Positions 18,452 through 27,046 of a stretch of DNA of 46,947 nucleotides are shown in pieces (the stretch's first letter is position 1; the number at the start of each line of letters is the position of its first letter). Both the position numbers and the translations under genes were made by a program. The stretch spans positions 1-46,947 of the forward strand of contig JAPLUF010000290.1 of the NCBI GenBank assembly GCA_026397755.1. Reading direction: 5' to 3'. This stretch comes from Verrucomicrobiota bacterium (GTDB lineage: Bacteria; Verrucomicrobiota; Verrucomicrobiia; Limisphaerales; UBA9464). Below the pieces are notes generated by a model. That model was given only the letters and a program-made list of their open reading frames with translations. It had not been told where the DNA came from and ran no database searches.

Positions 18452-19504
18452 ATGACAACACGTCTTTTTAAAAATAAAACACTATCCTGTATTGGCGTTT
18501 TCTGTTTACTAATAAATTTTTCAAAATACTCTATTTTGAATGCCGTGGAACCATCTCAAAAGGACGGTAAAGATGGTGGTTTTGAGAAAACTTTTGATAA
18601 GTATAAAGAATCTTTTGAGTTTACAGAGTTGGTGCAAATTGGAATCAAGAACGGGTTTGTTGGTAAGGATTCAGTTAAAACAATAATGGCGAAACTTAAT
18701 TACGGAAATACCAATAAATCTAACAAGGTGTATTTTGACGGCAGAGATGAAATTTATCCCAAGCGGGATAAGATTGAGGAGGCTGCGTTTCTATTTGGTC
18801 TTGAAAATTGCGACCAGAAAAATATGAAAATTTCATTGCTCATCCATGGTCGACCATTCAGATCTGAGAACAATTTTTTTAGAATTCTAGATCAACGATT
18901 GCGGATGCAAGTAGATAGTAAAACTCCTGATCTTGAAAAGCTTGCGCTGAAAAACATGGAGTATAGGTGTATCTATACCAGTGGTGGGATGTTTTCAGAG
19001 AAAATTCACAGAATTCCTGAAATCCTTGAGGTTGCAAGGCTTGAGTCTTTCAAGAAACCGGTAATTGCGAATATAATCCTCCGCCAATTGTGGCATGTAA
19101 TTGATGGTCCAAAATCCTATTATAACGCTGCGGATATGAAGGAGGGTTTAAAGTATATGGCTGTCGAATCAACCGCCGACGAAGATGCTGTAAATCATAT
19201 ATTTATAAAATTGGTTTGTCCTGAATTAGCTCAAGAGAATCAGCTGACTGAAATTTACAAACCTAATTCATTATCATGGAAAAGTGAAGTTCCGAAGGCA
19301 GCGATTTGGTATTTGTATCAAATCCGCAAGGACAGTTTGCGTGCACGCAAGGTGTTGGATGCTATCAAGGTTAACTGTAAGAGCCACGCAATATGGATTC
19401 AGGAAATTGAATCAGGAAGAATTGATGAGGAGATTGGGTTTACTAAACTCCTGAAACAGTCTCAGATTGCCAAAGATCAGTTTAAAACAAAAGCAGTAAA
19501 ATAA
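18452..19504 (+). CDS. Hypothetical exported protein, 350 aa, Lys-rich, probably helical
   Basis: 350 open codons at low GC is very unlikely by chance; basic N-terminus plus hydrophobic segment; 16-bp gap to the previous ORF. Confidence 0.8.
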   Translation: MTTRLFKNKTLSCIGVFCLLINFSKYSILNAVEPSQKDGKDGGFEKTFDKYKESFEFTELVQIGIKNGFVGKDSVKTIMAKLNYGNTNKSNKVYFDGRDEIYPKRDKIEEAAFLFGLENCDQKNMKISLLIHGRPFRSENNFFRILDQRLRMQVDSKTPDLEKLALKNMEYRCIYTSGGMFSEKIHRIPEILEVARLESFKKPVIANIILRQLWHVIDGPKSYYNAADMKEGLKYMAVESTADEDAVNHIFIKLVCPELAQENQLTEIYKPNSLSWKSEVPKAAIWYLYQIRKDSLRARKVLDAIKVNCKSHAIWIQEIESGRIDEEIGFTKLLKQSQIAKDQFKTKAVK

Positions 19505-19541
19505 TATAGTAAAAGCTTCAAGAACCCCTGATTTTAAACAA

Positions 19542-20759
19542 ATGATATTCTCCGATTTTTATAGAAATAGTGAGACTGAGGTTGGGTGTTTCAAATTTGT
19601 ACAGTATACCGTTTTGTCGCAACTATGGTTAGGGGTTTTGTTTGCGTTAATTTATTTTTTTAATTGTCCTAAGTGCGAAGCGGACGAAGGAAAAAACGAC
19701 TGGAAAATCGATTTTAATGGGTACGAAGTACATGGTGAAATTCAGTTGAATCAAGTGATTAGTGATATTAAAAATAAGGTTTTGGCTAAACAATTTTTCT
19801 CGGTTTTTGTAAAAGGATCTGAGTGGGGTATAGTGGTTTCTGAGAGTTCAAGCCGAGATTCTAATCTCCAGTTAAAAAAACCCAAAATTCATTGGTACAG
19901 CAATGGTGCAGAGTCGATTTGTTGGGTGTTTTATGATGAATCAGATTACGATTCTGTCAGCATGTATCCACTTAGTTATCCAATATCCGAAGGGTCTGAA
20001 TCAACAATCCCGTTGCTGTGGACAATGTTTGCTTCAAGAGGTTTTTATGAGAAATCTGGAAGACAAAAAATGCCGCTTTTACATGATTGGGAGGCTCAGA
20101 TAAAATATTGGGATTTCCATTCAGTGAATATTCGTAGAACGGAATTCGCTTCAAACTCATCGTTTCCATCCAACCTGGTTTTTCTAAACGATATCGTACC
20201 GTTAGAGCTGAAAAGACAGGTGGATGAAGAGGATTCTAGACTGTGGGATTCTAAGGGGAGACGACGACCCGGAATCTATTTCAACAAATACAGAGTTCCT
20301 AGCGACGTTCACCCCACCAATGCATGGTATCGAGCGTTTCCACCCCAAAAGCAATCCAATCAATGGATCCCGACCGGATTTGAGGTTTCATTTTGGGATT
20401 CGCATTGGCCTCATGAGCCTCGATTGGTGAGGCAGGCGGAAGCCTCGGTTCAGCGATTTTCAGCGATATGTTCGTTGAAGGATTTGAAGCCCGTCATTCG
20501 ACGTGAAGTTTCCGTGGGTGAAATGCGGCAGTGGGCCGAAGAACCGCAAGTCATAAACGAAGAGCAAGGAAATAATATCCCCACCTACACGCTGATGCCC
20601 GGGGAGGATTGGCCGACGTTGGAACAGGCCAAGATCCGGTTGAAACATCCAGACCGGGATCGGCGCACGAAGCCTCAGCCTTGGGGCTTCGTTCTGCTTG
20701 GAGTGATCGTGGGAGTGCCTTTGTTTTGGGCGGCCCGGCGTTCCTTCCGGAGGGCTTAG
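19542..20759 (+). CDS. Hypothetical exported protein, 405 aa, with a C-terminal membrane anchor
   Basis: N-terminal hydrophobic LWLGVLFALIYFF; C-terminal KPQPWGFVLLGVIVGVPLFWAARRSFRRA; 37-bp gap to the previous ORF. Confidence 0.8.
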   Translation: MIFSDFYRNSETEVGCFKFVQYTVLSQLWLGVLFALIYFFNCPKCEADEGKNDWKIDFNGYEVHGEIQLNQVISDIKNKVLAKQFFSVFVKGSEWGIVVSESSSRDSNLQLKKPKIHWYSNGAESICWVFYDESDYDSVSMYPLSYPISEGSESTIPLLWTMFASRGFYEKSGRQKMPLLHDWEAQIKYWDFHSVNIRRTEFASNSSFPSNLVFLNDIVPLELKRQVDEEDSRLWDSKGRRRPGIYFNKYRVPSDVHPTNAWYRAFPPQKQSNQWIPTGFEVSFWDSHWPHEPRLVRQAEASVQRFSAICSLKDLKPVIRREVSVGEMRQWAEEPQVINEEQGNNIPTYTLMPGEDWPTLEQAKIRLKHPDRDRRTKPQPWGFVLLGVIVGVPLFWAARRSFRRA

Positions 20760-21002
20760 GATTTTGGAATTTGATTGGAAGTTCGATCGAGAACCGGCAT
20801 CGCAGGCTCCGAAGCCGGGGCCGTGAATGGGTGTGTCATGCCGGGGGAATCGAATGCCTTCAGGGAGCATAACCTTTTCAAGCCCATTTATGCCGCTGGG
20901 CCCTGACCCGTCTCAGGATTATTGGTTAATGCTATGACTCTCGAGTTGATTCAGACGCTTTGGAAGGCCTAGAAGGAATTCGGGGCCCGAGAAAGGGATC
21001 CG

Positions 21003-22034
21003 TTGGGCTTCATCGTGGGTCATAAGTTGGTGCTGCTGGGCCTCGGAATCTTGGCTCCGATGGTCTTCGGCTTCCTAGATCCGTGGAAGTTCGAGTGGGT
21101 GACCACCAATTCGAAGAGCTACCTGATCATCGCCAGCCATGGCTACTCCGGGGGTGAATCGATTTATGCCTTTTATCCGGCCTGGCCCTGGGTGATTCGC
21201 GGGTTCTCGATAGTCTTCGGGCATCCCGACTGGACTGCCTACCTGCTTTCCAATGTGTTCTCCACCATCGGGTTACTCCTGTTCCACCGGATCGCCTTCC
21301 GAATCCACGGCGAGACGACAGCGTGGAATGCGCTGCGGCTCATGGTGGTCTTTCCGGGCTCGATGTTCTTTTTCGTGCCGTACACCGAATCGCTCTTCCT
21401 GATGGTCCTTATGATTCTGTGGCACGCGCGGATTCGGGAACGTTGGGTATGGGTGGCGGTCGCCGGTTTCCTATTGCCGCTGATCCGGCCGGTAGGCCTC
21501 TTCATTGTGCCTGTGTTTGTGGCTGAAATCTTGGCGAGTCGTCGCGGCTGGCGGGCGCTCTGGATGCTCTTGGCTCCTAGCCTCGGCTTCGCCACCTATC
21601 TGGGAAGCATGGCCATTCTGTCCGGGAATCCTTGGATTGGGTTCGAGGCCCAACGGTTTTACCCAGCGTATCCGTCGATCGCCAAGATCGGTGATGTGGT
21701 GGGATTTCTGAAGGCGTTCGCTTCCGTCCAACCGGTCCATGACTTCCTGCACTCCCCGCTCGATCGGTTCGTGTTTGTCGCGTTCTGCTGCAGCGGCGTT
21801 TGGATCTTCCGCCTGGGGCTCACCCAGTACGTCTATGCGGTGTTCTTCGGATTGGTTCCGGCGCTCTCCAATTCCCTGATGTCCTACACCCGGTTCGCCT
21901 GCCTGTTGTTTCCGTTGTTCTTAGTTTGGGGTCAGCGGTTCCAGCGGCCCGTGCTCGATTCGGTCTTGTTGCTGTTCTTCGGGGTCCAGGTGCTGCTGTT
22001 CTTGGCGCACTTGTCCAACCACTGGGCGGGATAG
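21003..22034 (+). CDS. GT-C fold membrane glycosyltransferase (PIG-V / mannosyltransferase-2-like), possibly degenerate
   Basis: YL.IA..GY, AFYPAWP, FPGSMFF..PYTESLFL, L.RPVG, SYTRF..LLFPLF motifs; multiple TM segments; in-frame upstream ATG 20934 is interrupted by TAG at 20970. Confidence 0.75.
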   Translation: MGFIVGHKLVLLGLGILAPMVFGFLDPWKFEWVTTNSKSYLIIASHGYSGGESIYAFYPAWPWVIRGFSIVFGHPDWTAYLLSNVFSTIGLLLFHRIAFRIHGETTAWNALRLMVVFPGSMFFFVPYTESLFLMVLMILWHARIRERWVWVAVAGFLLPLIRPVGLFIVPVFVAEILASRRGWRALWMLLAPSLGFATYLGSMAILSGNPWIGFEAQRFYPAYPSIAKIGDVVGFLKAFASVQPVHDFLHSPLDRFVFVAFCCSGVWIFRLGLTQYVYAVFFGLVPALSNSLMSYTRFACLLFPLFLVWGQRFQRPVLDSVLLLFFGVQVLLFLAHLSNHWAG

Positions 22035-22096
22035 CCTGCCCGGGAGCCGAGACATCGCATTCAAGCGGAGGTCTGAGGGCGACGCTCTTGGACCTG

Positions 22097-23524
22097 TCAG
22101 GCCCCAACTCGGGGCAGCAGCTCTTCGATGGGTTTGCCGAAGGGGAGGATGGGCATGGGTCGGCCGCCCAAATCTAGGATGGATTCCGAGGCGTCGATGC
22201 CCAGATGCCGGTACACCGTGGCCCAGAGGTCGTTGGGGCTCAGCAGGCGTTCGGTTGGGTATTCAGCCCGAGCGTTGGTGGCTCCGACGATTTGTCCGGT
22301 GCGCATGCCACCGCCGGAGACCAGGAGTGACATCGCCTGCGGCCAATGGTCTCGGCCGGGTTGCATGACGCCAGTCTGGGATCCTTTGACCCGTTCCAAA
22401 CGGGGGGTACGACCAAACTCTCCGGTGACCACCAAGAGCACCCGCTGGTCGAGGCCACGGTCGTAGAGGTCTTCGATTAGGGCAGCCACCGCTTGATCAT
22501 AAGCCGGGAAGCGCCACTTGGAGTCTTCGAAGATGTGGCAATTGACCGCGTGGGAGTCCCAGTTGTAGGTGCATCCGGCAGGGATGGGTTTGCTGGGGAA
22601 GGGGTTCTCCCAAACCATGGTCACAAAGGGACAGCCCGCTTCGACCAGGCGTCGGGCTAGCAACCCCCGTTGTCCGTAGGCGTTCCAGCCGTAGCGCTCC
22701 CGGGTGGCAGGCGTCTCTTGCTGAAGGTCGAAGGCTTTTTGGACCCCGGCGTGCGTCAGCATGGTGACCGCCCGCTGGCTGAATTGATCCATCGACTCCA
22801 TCAACCCGCTGCTGTCGAGATCGCGACGGAGCCGGTCCATTCCGGAAAGCAAATGGGACCGATCCTCCATCCGGGTAGCCATGTCCGGGGTGAGGCTGAG
22901 GTTCTGAACCTTGAAGTTGGGTGCGCTGGGGTCGCCCACCACCATGAAGGGCGTGTGGCTGGTTCCCAGGTAAGAGGGCCCGAGGCTGAAGACGTCGATG
23001 TGGCTGCGTCCGTCGTCGACACCGGTGATGCAGGCCGGAAGGCCGGATTTTTGTCGAGCCTCCAAGGCGCGGCTCACGATGGAGGTGACGGCCGGCGCAT
23101 CGTTGACGAATTCGGTGGGTGTGGCCGGGATGCGTCCGGTCATGAAGCGCTTGTGCGCACCACCATGGTCGGAGAAGTCGTGGCACACCGAGCGCACCAG
23201 CGTGAAGCGGTCGGCGACCTTGGCTTGCCGGGGGAAGAGTTCGCAAATGTCTATGCCCGGCACGTTGGTCCGGATGGGCCGGAAATCGCCGCGGAATTCC
23301 GACGGCGCATCCGGCTTCATGTCGTAGGTGTCGAGTTGCGAGGGGCCGCCCGGCAACCACACGAAGATGACGGCCTTGTCCTGCGTGTTCGGAATGCCCA
23401 ACGGCGCGCCGGACGCTGCCAGGGAGCGCAGCCTCAGAAAATCACTCAGGCCCAAGCCCAAGGCGCTGATGCCTCCTAGTTCTAGGAAGCTGCGTCGGGA
23501 CAATGGGCCTGAGCATGAGTTCAT
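22097..23524 (-). CDS. DUF1501 domain protein with Tat-like signal
   Basis: SRRSFLELG; VIFVWLPGGPSQLDTYDMKP; LLARRLVEAG; WDSH; GEFGRTP; GRDHWP; start at ATG 23524. Confidence 0.92.
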   Translation of the reverse strand: MNSCSGPLSRRSFLELGGISALGLGLSDFLRLRSLAASGAPLGIPNTQDKAVIFVWLPGGPSQLDTYDMKPDAPSEFRGDFRPIRTNVPGIDICELFPRQAKVADRFTLVRSVCHDFSDHGGAHKRFMTGRIPATPTEFVNDAPAVTSIVSRALEARQKSGLPACITGVDDGRSHIDVFSLGPSYLGTSHTPFMVVGDPSAPNFKVQNLSLTPDMATRMEDRSHLLSGMDRLRRDLDSSGLMESMDQFSQRAVTMLTHAGVQKAFDLQQETPATRERYGWNAYGQRGLLARRLVEAGCPFVTMVWENPFPSKPIPAGCTYNWDSHAVNCHIFEDSKWRFPAYDQAVAALIEDLYDRGLDQRVLLVVTGEFGRTPRLERVKGSQTGVMQPGRDHWPQAMSLLVSGGGMRTGQIVGATNARAEYPTERLLSPNDLWATVYRHLGIDASESILDLGGRPMPILPFGKPIEELLPRVGA

Positions 23525-23571
23525 CGGAGGGTTTCTACGGAGGTGTTGGAACTGGGGTTCGGGGACCGGGG

Positions 23572-24978
23572 TTAAATATCCCAACCCTTGCGGCTGTCGC
23601 GCTTCACGAACCGCGCGGCCTCGGGCAAGTTGGTGGAGCGCATGTTCGGGCCGTCCCAGTCCATGACCTTGCCTTCACCAACACGCACCGCGATGCAACC
23701 CAGTAGGATGATTTCGGTGAGGTAGGCGGCGATGTCGAAGTTGGAGTAGGCGGGCGTGCCGTCGCGCATCATCTGGAACCACTCTTCATTGTGGCCCGGC
23801 GAGCGGGGGATGCTTTGGGGTACGGCTTTGACGGCCTCGTGGGCATCGCCGGGCAGGAAGATTTTTTCGTTACCCACCATGATGAAGAACTGGGAACCGT
23901 AATCGTCCGGCGAGAACAGCTTGCCCTTGTCGCCCACCAAGAGGCATCCGCTGGAGGGCAGCGAGCCCTTGAGGGTGACGATTTCTCGGGTGAGATCGGC
24001 GCTTGGTCGGAGCGGGGCAAGGTCCTTGTCAGACGGATTGCCGTCGTACCACCAGAACTTCAGCGGCGGCAGGCCGTCGCGTTCTGGGAACTCGAAGCGG
24101 AGTCGCGAGGTTTTGGCGAAGGTTTCGGGGAAGGATTGGGAAGTCAGTTCGGCCACCACTCGGGTCGGATAGCCCAGCTTGAGTGCGCGGAAGGGCATGT
24201 TGACCGTGTGGCAAGCCATGTCACCGAGGGCTCCGGTGCCGAAGTCGTTCCATCCGCGCCAGGCGAAGCCGTGGTAGACGCCCTTCTTGTACGGGCGGAA
24301 CTGCGCCGGCCCGAGCCACAGGTCCCAGTCGAGCGATTCAGGCACCGTGTCGGAACCCTCGGGCCGGGCCAGGCCCTGCGGCCACACCGGTCGATTGGAC
24401 CAGACATGCAGTTCGGTGACGTTGCCGATGATTCCGGACTGGATCACTTCGACCGCGCGACGCAGGCCGCTGCCGGCGCTGCCTTGGTTGCCCATCTGGG
24501 TGGCCAGTTTTCCGTCGCGAGCCAACTGCCGCAGGATACGGGCTTCATGGACCGTCTGGGTGAGCGGCTTCTGACAGTAGATGTGCTTGCCCAGGCGCAT
24601 GGCCGTGGCGGCGGCGATGCCGTGGACGTGGTCGGGTGTGGAGATGGTCACTGCGTCGATCGATTTGCCGATCTGGTCGAACATCTTCCGGAAGTCCTGG
24701 AACTGCTGGGCCTTCGGGTACTTCTGCCCCTTCTGGGCGAGCGTGTTCCGGTCGACGTCGCACAAGCCAACGATGGTGCCGCCGCAGCGCGCAGCGTCGT
24801 CGGTGTCGCTCGAACCCTTGCCTCCCACGCCGATACAACCGATCTGGATCCGTTCATTGGCTCCTAGCACCGAACCCACGTAAGGGAAGGCGAAGGCGGC
24901 GGCGGTGGCAGCGGCACTGCGGCTTAGAAAGCGGCGACGGTTGAGACCGGTGAGCGTGGTCGGGGGCAAGGGGTTCAT
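23572..24978 (-). CDS. Gfo/Idh/MocA-family oxidoreductase with Tat signal
   Basis: NRRRFLS Tat motif; IGVGGKG Rossmann; STPDHVH; YCQKPLT; QMGNQG; LDWDLWLGPA; FGTGALGDMACH. Confidence 0.93.
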   Translation of the reverse strand: MNPLPPTTLTGLNRRRFLSRSAAATAAAFAFPYVGSVLGANERIQIGCIGVGGKGSSDTDDAARCGGTIVGLCDVDRNTLAQKGQKYPKAQQFQDFRKMFDQIGKSIDAVTISTPDHVHGIAAATAMRLGKHIYCQKPLTQTVHEARILRQLARDGKLATQMGNQGSAGSGLRRAVEVIQSGIIGNVTELHVWSNRPVWPQGLARPEGSDTVPESLDWDLWLGPAQFRPYKKGVYHGFAWRGWNDFGTGALGDMACHTVNMPFRALKLGYPTRVVAELTSQSFPETFAKTSRLRFEFPERDGLPPLKFWWYDGNPSDKDLAPLRPSADLTREIVTLKGSLPSSGCLLVGDKGKLFSPDDYGSQFFIMVGNEKIFLPGDAHEAVKAVPQSIPRSPGHNEEWFQMMRDGTPAYSNFDIAAYLTEIILLGCIAVRVGEGKVMDWDGPNMRSTNLPEAARFVKRDSRKGWDI

Positions 24979-25174
24979 GGGATTCTTTAATGCGTTAACA
25001 GGCCGGACTCCGCGAGTCAATGCAGGCCCCGTTGCATCCTCAGGATCGAATGACGAGTGTGCTTGGCCCTCTGCGGCAGTGGGACCGGTCGCGTGGAGCG
25101 CCTCAGAAGATCGCGACCCAACGACCGGTTCCCTTTTCCGCCGTTTTAGGCACTCAGGGAGACAGAACGGGCGC

Positions 25175-25204
25175 TTGACCGGCTTGTCCGACGGTTCGTA
25201 CTCT
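25175..25204 (+). promoter_or_regulatory. Candidate sigma70 promoter of tig (TTGACC-N18-TACTCT)
   Basis: Near-consensus -35 and -10 hexamers ending about 63 bp upstream of the tig ATG. Confidence 0.45.
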
Positions 25205-25267
25205 CCCGCCTCTTTGCCGGAATGCGACTTTGCGTCCCGGCTTCATCCCTATCGCAGCAAGAAGCAC

Positions 25268-26596
25268 ATGAACGTTTCCGTCGAGAATTTGGGTCCGTGC
25301 AAGAAGCTCCTCCGCATCGAGGTGCCCGTCGAGCAGGTCAACGCCGCCTTTGACACCGTGACCGCCAGCTTCCAGAAGCAGGCTCAGTTGCCGGGTTTCC
25401 GGGCCGGCAAGGCTCCCAAGCACATGATCGTCAAATCGTACGAGAGTCAGATCAACGACGAGGTTCGCAAGAAGCTCTTCGGTGACTCTTACGCCGCCGC
25501 GTCGGCTCAGGAAAAGTTGCGTATCCTCGCAACCCTTGATGTGGAGGAGCTGACTTTCGGTCGTGGGTTGCCTTTTTCCTACACGGCGACCCTGGAGAAT
25601 GCTCCGGAGTTCGAGGTGCCTGAATACAAGGGTCTCAAGGCTCAACGTCCGGTGGCCCAACCCACCGAAGCCGATGTGGAGCGCGCCATGAACATTCTGC
25701 GCGATCAGCAGGTTCGCTACAACGATGTCACCCGGGCTCTCCAGGCCGATGACATCGCCGTGGTGAACTACAAAGGGACCTTCGATGGCAAGCCATTGAC
25801 CGAGGAGTTTCCCACGGCCCGTGGCCTGACCGAGAAGCAGAATTTCTGGGTTCAGGTGAAGGAAGAGTCCTTCATCCCCGGTTTCACGACTCCGCTGGTC
25901 GGCGCCAGTGCTGGCGACAAGCGCACGGTGCCGCTGACCTTGCCGGCCGACTTTGTGATCACCGGGCTTTCGGGCAAGAACGTGGTTTATGAGCTCGAGG
26001 TCGTGGGTGTGAAGGAAAAGGTGCTGCCGGCGCTGGACGACGAGTTCGCTAAGGGTTTTGGTGCCGAAGATTTGGCTAAGTTGACCGAGGGCATTCGTCA
26101 GGATTTGAAGAACGAGCTGGAGTTCCGCGGCCGTAAGGCGCTGCGGGATCAGTTGCTCAAGGTGCTGTTGGATTCTGTCAGTTTCGACCTGCCGGAGAGC
26201 GTGGTCGTTAGTGAGACTCGCAATGTGGTGTACAACATCGTCAACGAGAACCAGCAGCGGGGTGTTGCTAAGGAGATCATTGAGGAGCGCAAGGACGAGA
26301 TTTTCGCCAGTGCGGGTGCCAGTGCTAAGGACCGCGTTAAGGCGTCGTTCATTCTGGGTCGCATTGCCGAGTTGGAGAATATTAAGGCTGAGCAGAAAGA
26401 GATGACTCAGCGGGTTATCGCCTTGGCTGAGCAGAACAAGACTTCCCCGGAGAAAATGGCTAAGTCGCTGCAGGAGCGGAATGCCTTCCAGGAGCTGGCC
26501 CAAGAAATCATCATCGGCAAGGTGCTCGACTTCGTTGAGCTGAATGCTCAGGTGGAAGAAGTGGCTACACCGTCTCCGTCCGAGGTAAAGGCTTAA
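25268..26596 (+). CDS. tig: Trigger factor
   Basis: MNVSVENLGPC start at ATG 25268 (the track's 24905 start is an over-extension); PGFRAGKAP ribosome-binding motif; FKBP-like FIPGF; LPALDDEFAK. Confidence 0.95.
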   Translation: MNVSVENLGPCKKLLRIEVPVEQVNAAFDTVTASFQKQAQLPGFRAGKAPKHMIVKSYESQINDEVRKKLFGDSYAAASAQEKLRILATLDVEELTFGRGLPFSYTATLENAPEFEVPEYKGLKAQRPVAQPTEADVERAMNILRDQQVRYNDVTRALQADDIAVVNYKGTFDGKPLTEEFPTARGLTEKQNFWVQVKEESFIPGFTTPLVGASAGDKRTVPLTLPADFVITGLSGKNVVYELEVVGVKEKVLPALDDEFAKGFGAEDLAKLTEGIRQDLKNELEFRGRKALRDQLLKVLLDSVSFDLPESVVVSETRNVVYNIVNENQQRGVAKEIIEERKDEIFASAGASAKDRVKASFILGRIAELENIKAEQKEMTQRVIALAEQNKTSPEKMAKSLQERNAFQELAQEIIIGKVLDFVELNAQVEEVATPSPSEVKA

Positions 26597-26640
26597 TTCG
26601 GAGTGGTCCCGTTTGTGGGGCTTTGCTTAAGAATTCAACG

Positions 26641-26678
26641 ACAACGGCGGCCAACTTTTGGCCGCCGTTGTGCTTTTT
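26641..26678 (+). terminator. Rho-independent terminator of tig
   Basis: 14-bp stem ACAACGGCGGCCAA-ctt-TTGGCCGCCGTTGT followed by GCTTTTT, 45 bp after the stop. Confidence 0.85.
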
Positions 26679-27046
26679 CAGGGGCCAGTTTTCAGGGTCT
26701 GGGTTTCTAGTAATTGGAGTCCGCGGGAGCGATTCAGTGGGAGTGTTCCGGGTAGCACGGTGTGGTAGCCTGCTGGTTTTACGGTGTGCCGTTGTGAAGG
26801 TTTGTCTGCGGGTCTGGCGATGGCGGTGTAGGCCCGGTGGGGCTCCGCGGGGTCGGACCTGCGCTCGCTAGGGAACGTTGGGGCCGGTGGGGCTTTCGCG
26901 CGGCCGCGCGACGGGAATCAGGATGTGGACGTTCCAATGCTCACTCCGGTCCGGCCCCGCTGGCGCCCGGTGGCTGAGGTGGCGCGGAGGTTGAGGCCTC
27001 TGTGGATGAGGGCTCTCGTTGATTGCGCCGGGCTTGACGCTGGCTG

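Larger units (their letters stand above)
17530..20420. other. AT-rich (low-GC) island, probably horizontally acquired
   Basis: Hand-counted 60-nt lines give 25% GC (18481), 42% (18901) and 32% (19621) versus 67% (3361); sharp left edge near 17530, gradual right edge at about 20250-20450. Confidence 0.85.

Noticed and set aside
17521-20781. Imperfect inverted similarity at the island edges (TTTCAATC..AATTCC vs GGAATTTGATTGGAA)
   Set aside because: Needs gaps and mismatches in AT-rich sequence; no target-site duplication or transposase, so compatible with chance
25020-25267. tRNA upstream of tig (a common arrangement)
   Set aside because: GGTTCG at about 25193 is not embedded in a cloverleaf; no acceptor stem or CCA
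25154-26503. 449-aa ORF antisense to tig (similarly 30..899, 3705..4676, 23791..24867, 37918..38946, 44395..45303)
   Set aside because: Shadow ORFs opposite well-supported genes in high-GC DNA; no recognisable motifs
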